From contig RSEE01000083.1 of the NCBI GenBank assembly GCA_003971905.1, forward strand, positions 62,001 through 126,000: a stretch of DNA of 64,000 nucleotides, in the 5' to 3' direction. This DNA comes from Moniliella sp. 'wahieum' (lineage: Eukaryota). The stretch's first letter is position 1, and each line of letters opens with the position of its first letter. The position numbers were made by a program, and so were the translations under genes. The notes beneath the pieces were generated by a model. The model saw only the letters and a list, made by a program, of their open reading frames with translations. It did no database searches and was not told the DNA's origin. Of the stretch, positions 62,321 through 64,000 are shown piece after piece.

Positions 62321-64000
62321 ATGCCCCCCCCCATTCATACTGACTTCCACCCTGCCCCGGCCGATCGGCTGTCCTCGACACCCGAGGAGGCCCTGCTACC
62401 TCCTTACGAACAGGTGGCCCGGTCTCCTGCCCCGATGTATCCCCCCAAATCTCGCCCACTCTACTCCTCTGTCGACATTCGATGGTCGGATATCTCCAAC
62501 TCGGCTGCCGAGCGCAATGGCGTGGGCAGCCTGCGCGCTTTGGTCAACACAGTAGTCCCATTCACATTGTTACTCCTCCGCATCATCTCCTCCATTGTCG
62601 TTTTACTGGTCCGCCTGGCTGGCCTGTCTCTTTCCCAATTGTTGGGAATCATTCATCAGACGTTGGCCAAGCTTGACAATGCGGATACGCCCGCTTTTGG
62701 TCGTGGCCATCACCCCAGCGTCGATGGCGAGAGCATCTCCAGCTCGGAGACAGTGCCCCACTCCAGCCGCCGCCAACGCTTCCGCGCGGCCAGCTCATTA
62801 GATGAGTCGATGAGTTTGCAACATTTACTTCGCTCCACCCGTTCTCGCGACGGAGTCTACATTCACCACCATCACCATCACCACAGTGGGTATGGACTCA
62901 CGCCGGAAAGCGGACGCATGGCTGCCTCCGAGAGCGCCTTGGGTTTGTCGTTCGATTCTTCACCGGAGGATGAGCTCGAAGAGATGGATGATGATGACGA
63001 CTCGCGCGAAATGCTGGGCGCGGAAACCCCTCGCGGCCGCGTGAGTGAGCACGAAGAATCCCAAGATGCTTTCGCACGCAAACTAGCCCACATGGCCCTA
63101 CAGGCCCAGGCTCAGCTGGACCGCCGCTTGGCCCGGGGCGAGATTAGTGCGGATGGCACGATCACTGCATTGAGTCCGTCGGACTTGGACCCGGATTCAT
63201 CCGACGACTCGCCCATGGAGGGCGCAGGGACTACCCCTGCGCCGGAAGTCGTCTCGATCACTTCCACCGACCCGACCACGTCGCTGTCAAATGCCCCGAT
63301 GACTGTGCCCATGAACGGTGCCGTCACGCCGCATGCACTTCCGTCCGCCCTTGCCTCACCCTTGGGAACTGATGCTTCCAAGTGGGCCCTTCCTCTCGAC
63401 GAACTCTTGGCCCCTTCGTCGGTACCTCCCTCCCTCGGCCGGCGTTCCTCTGCGCCAGCTTCCATTCTTCGGCGCTCGATGGGGGGCAGTTCAAGGTCCG
63501 GCGGCAGTCCGGGCCTAGGCAACAGCGACTACGTACCGCCTTCGGAGGCAGAGTCGATGACGATCAATGACTCTCAACAAGGGTCCTCCAGCACAGGGCG
63601 GAGGATCAAGTTGGTAGAGCCCAACTGGGAGCCGTACGTCGAGTCCCATGTGCGCGCTCGGGCGCGCGTGCAACTCAATACGCTACTTCAGGCGGCCCGT
63701 GCGGAACGAGGCAGCAAATCAGCTCTGCGTTCGGATTTGCGAATGCACGCTCTCTCGGTTCATGCGGCACATACCAGCCAGCACGCTCAGTTGCACGCCC
63801 GCTCGCACACCCAAGCGCACAATCTTGCGTGCCAAGACCAAGCCTCGATCGCATCTGATAAGACCGAGACGGATAAGTTTGGTCCACTGCCCATGGAACG
63901 CATCCGGTCTTCTTCCGTTGCCTCGGCTGGCTCACTCGGCACGGCCTCCGTTTCGACGGCCACCTCGTCGTTGGCCCCGACGGAAGAGGAAGAAGAGACG
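62321..64000 (+). CDS. Hypothetical Ser/Pro-rich protein, 5' part; runs off the window and is frameshifted
   Basis: An ATG at 62321 follows an apparent 5' intron (gtatgt ~62245...ctgac...cacag 62310). Long open coding-like frames follow: EEALLPPYEQV, DSSPEDELEEMDDDDD, AFARKLAHMALQAQAQLDRRL, RIKLVEPNWEPYVE. No family recognised. Confidence 0.55.
   Translation, partial: MPPPIHTDFHPAPADRLSSTPEEALLPPYEQVARSPAPMYPPKSRPLYSSVDIRWSDISNSAAERNGVGSLRALVNTVVPFTLLLLRIISSIVVLLVRLAGLSLSQLLGIIHQTLAKLDNADTPAFGRGHHPSVDGESISSSETVPHSSRRQRFRAASSLDESMSLQHLLRSTRSRDGVYIHHHHHHHSGYGLTPESGRMAASESALGLSFDSSPEDELEEMDDDDDSREMLGAETPRGRVSEHEESQDAFARKLAHMALQAQAQLDRRLARGEISADGTITALSPSDLDPDSSDDSPMEGAGTTPAPEVVSITSTDPTTSLSNAPMTVPMNGAVTPHALPSALASPLGTDASKWALPLDELLAPSSVPPSLGRRSSAPASILRRSMGGSSRSGGSPGLGNSDYVPPSEAESMTINDSQQGSSSTGRRIKLVEPNWEPYVESHVRARARVQLNTLLQAARAERGSKSALRSDLRMHALSVHAAHTSQHAQLHARSHTQAHNLACQDQASIASDKTETDKFGPLPMERIRSSSVASAGSLGTASVSTATSSLAPTEEEEET

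Overview
This is GC-rich, gene-dense eukaryotic DNA from a fungus, most likely a basidiomycete such as a smut-like Ustilaginomycotina. That placement is inferred from the gene content, the short GT-AG introns (gtacgt/gtgcgt donors, CTRAC branch points) and the high GC. About 24 protein-coding genes can be recognised or inferred, mostly housekeeping: a Sec14/PDR16-like protein, a Stm1-like protein, a Srs2-like UvrD helicase, a TPT-family transporter, IST1, SPC19, SWI3/RSC8, a T5orf172/GIY-YIG repeat protein, LSB6, LRO1, SMC2, holocytochrome c synthase, TMA20, TAF11, DNA ligase I, an F-box/LRR protein, a hexokinase, GET4, CAF16, septin CDC3, mtHsp70 SSC1 and two orphans. Almost every gene, including essential ones, is broken by several small indels, mostly deletions and often in homopolymers. 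This looks like uncorrected long-read assembly error rather than pseudogenisation, so the supplied ORF track is fragmentary and my gene boundaries are approximate. I found no rRNA, tRNA, CRISPR array or recognisable transposon, and no clearly novel multi-gene system. The best leads are: a strand-oriented telomere-like CTAGGGTT promoter motif; a SWI3 subunit that keeps the animal-type SMARCC N-terminal module; a GIY-YIG-like protein carrying about 26 copies of a charged 8-residue repeat; an orphan with a (GGMMTP)n CTD-like repeat; a CaaX-tailed F-box/LRR protein; and a family of CTCAG-core intergenic microrepeats. All family assignments come from recalled motifs, not database searches.
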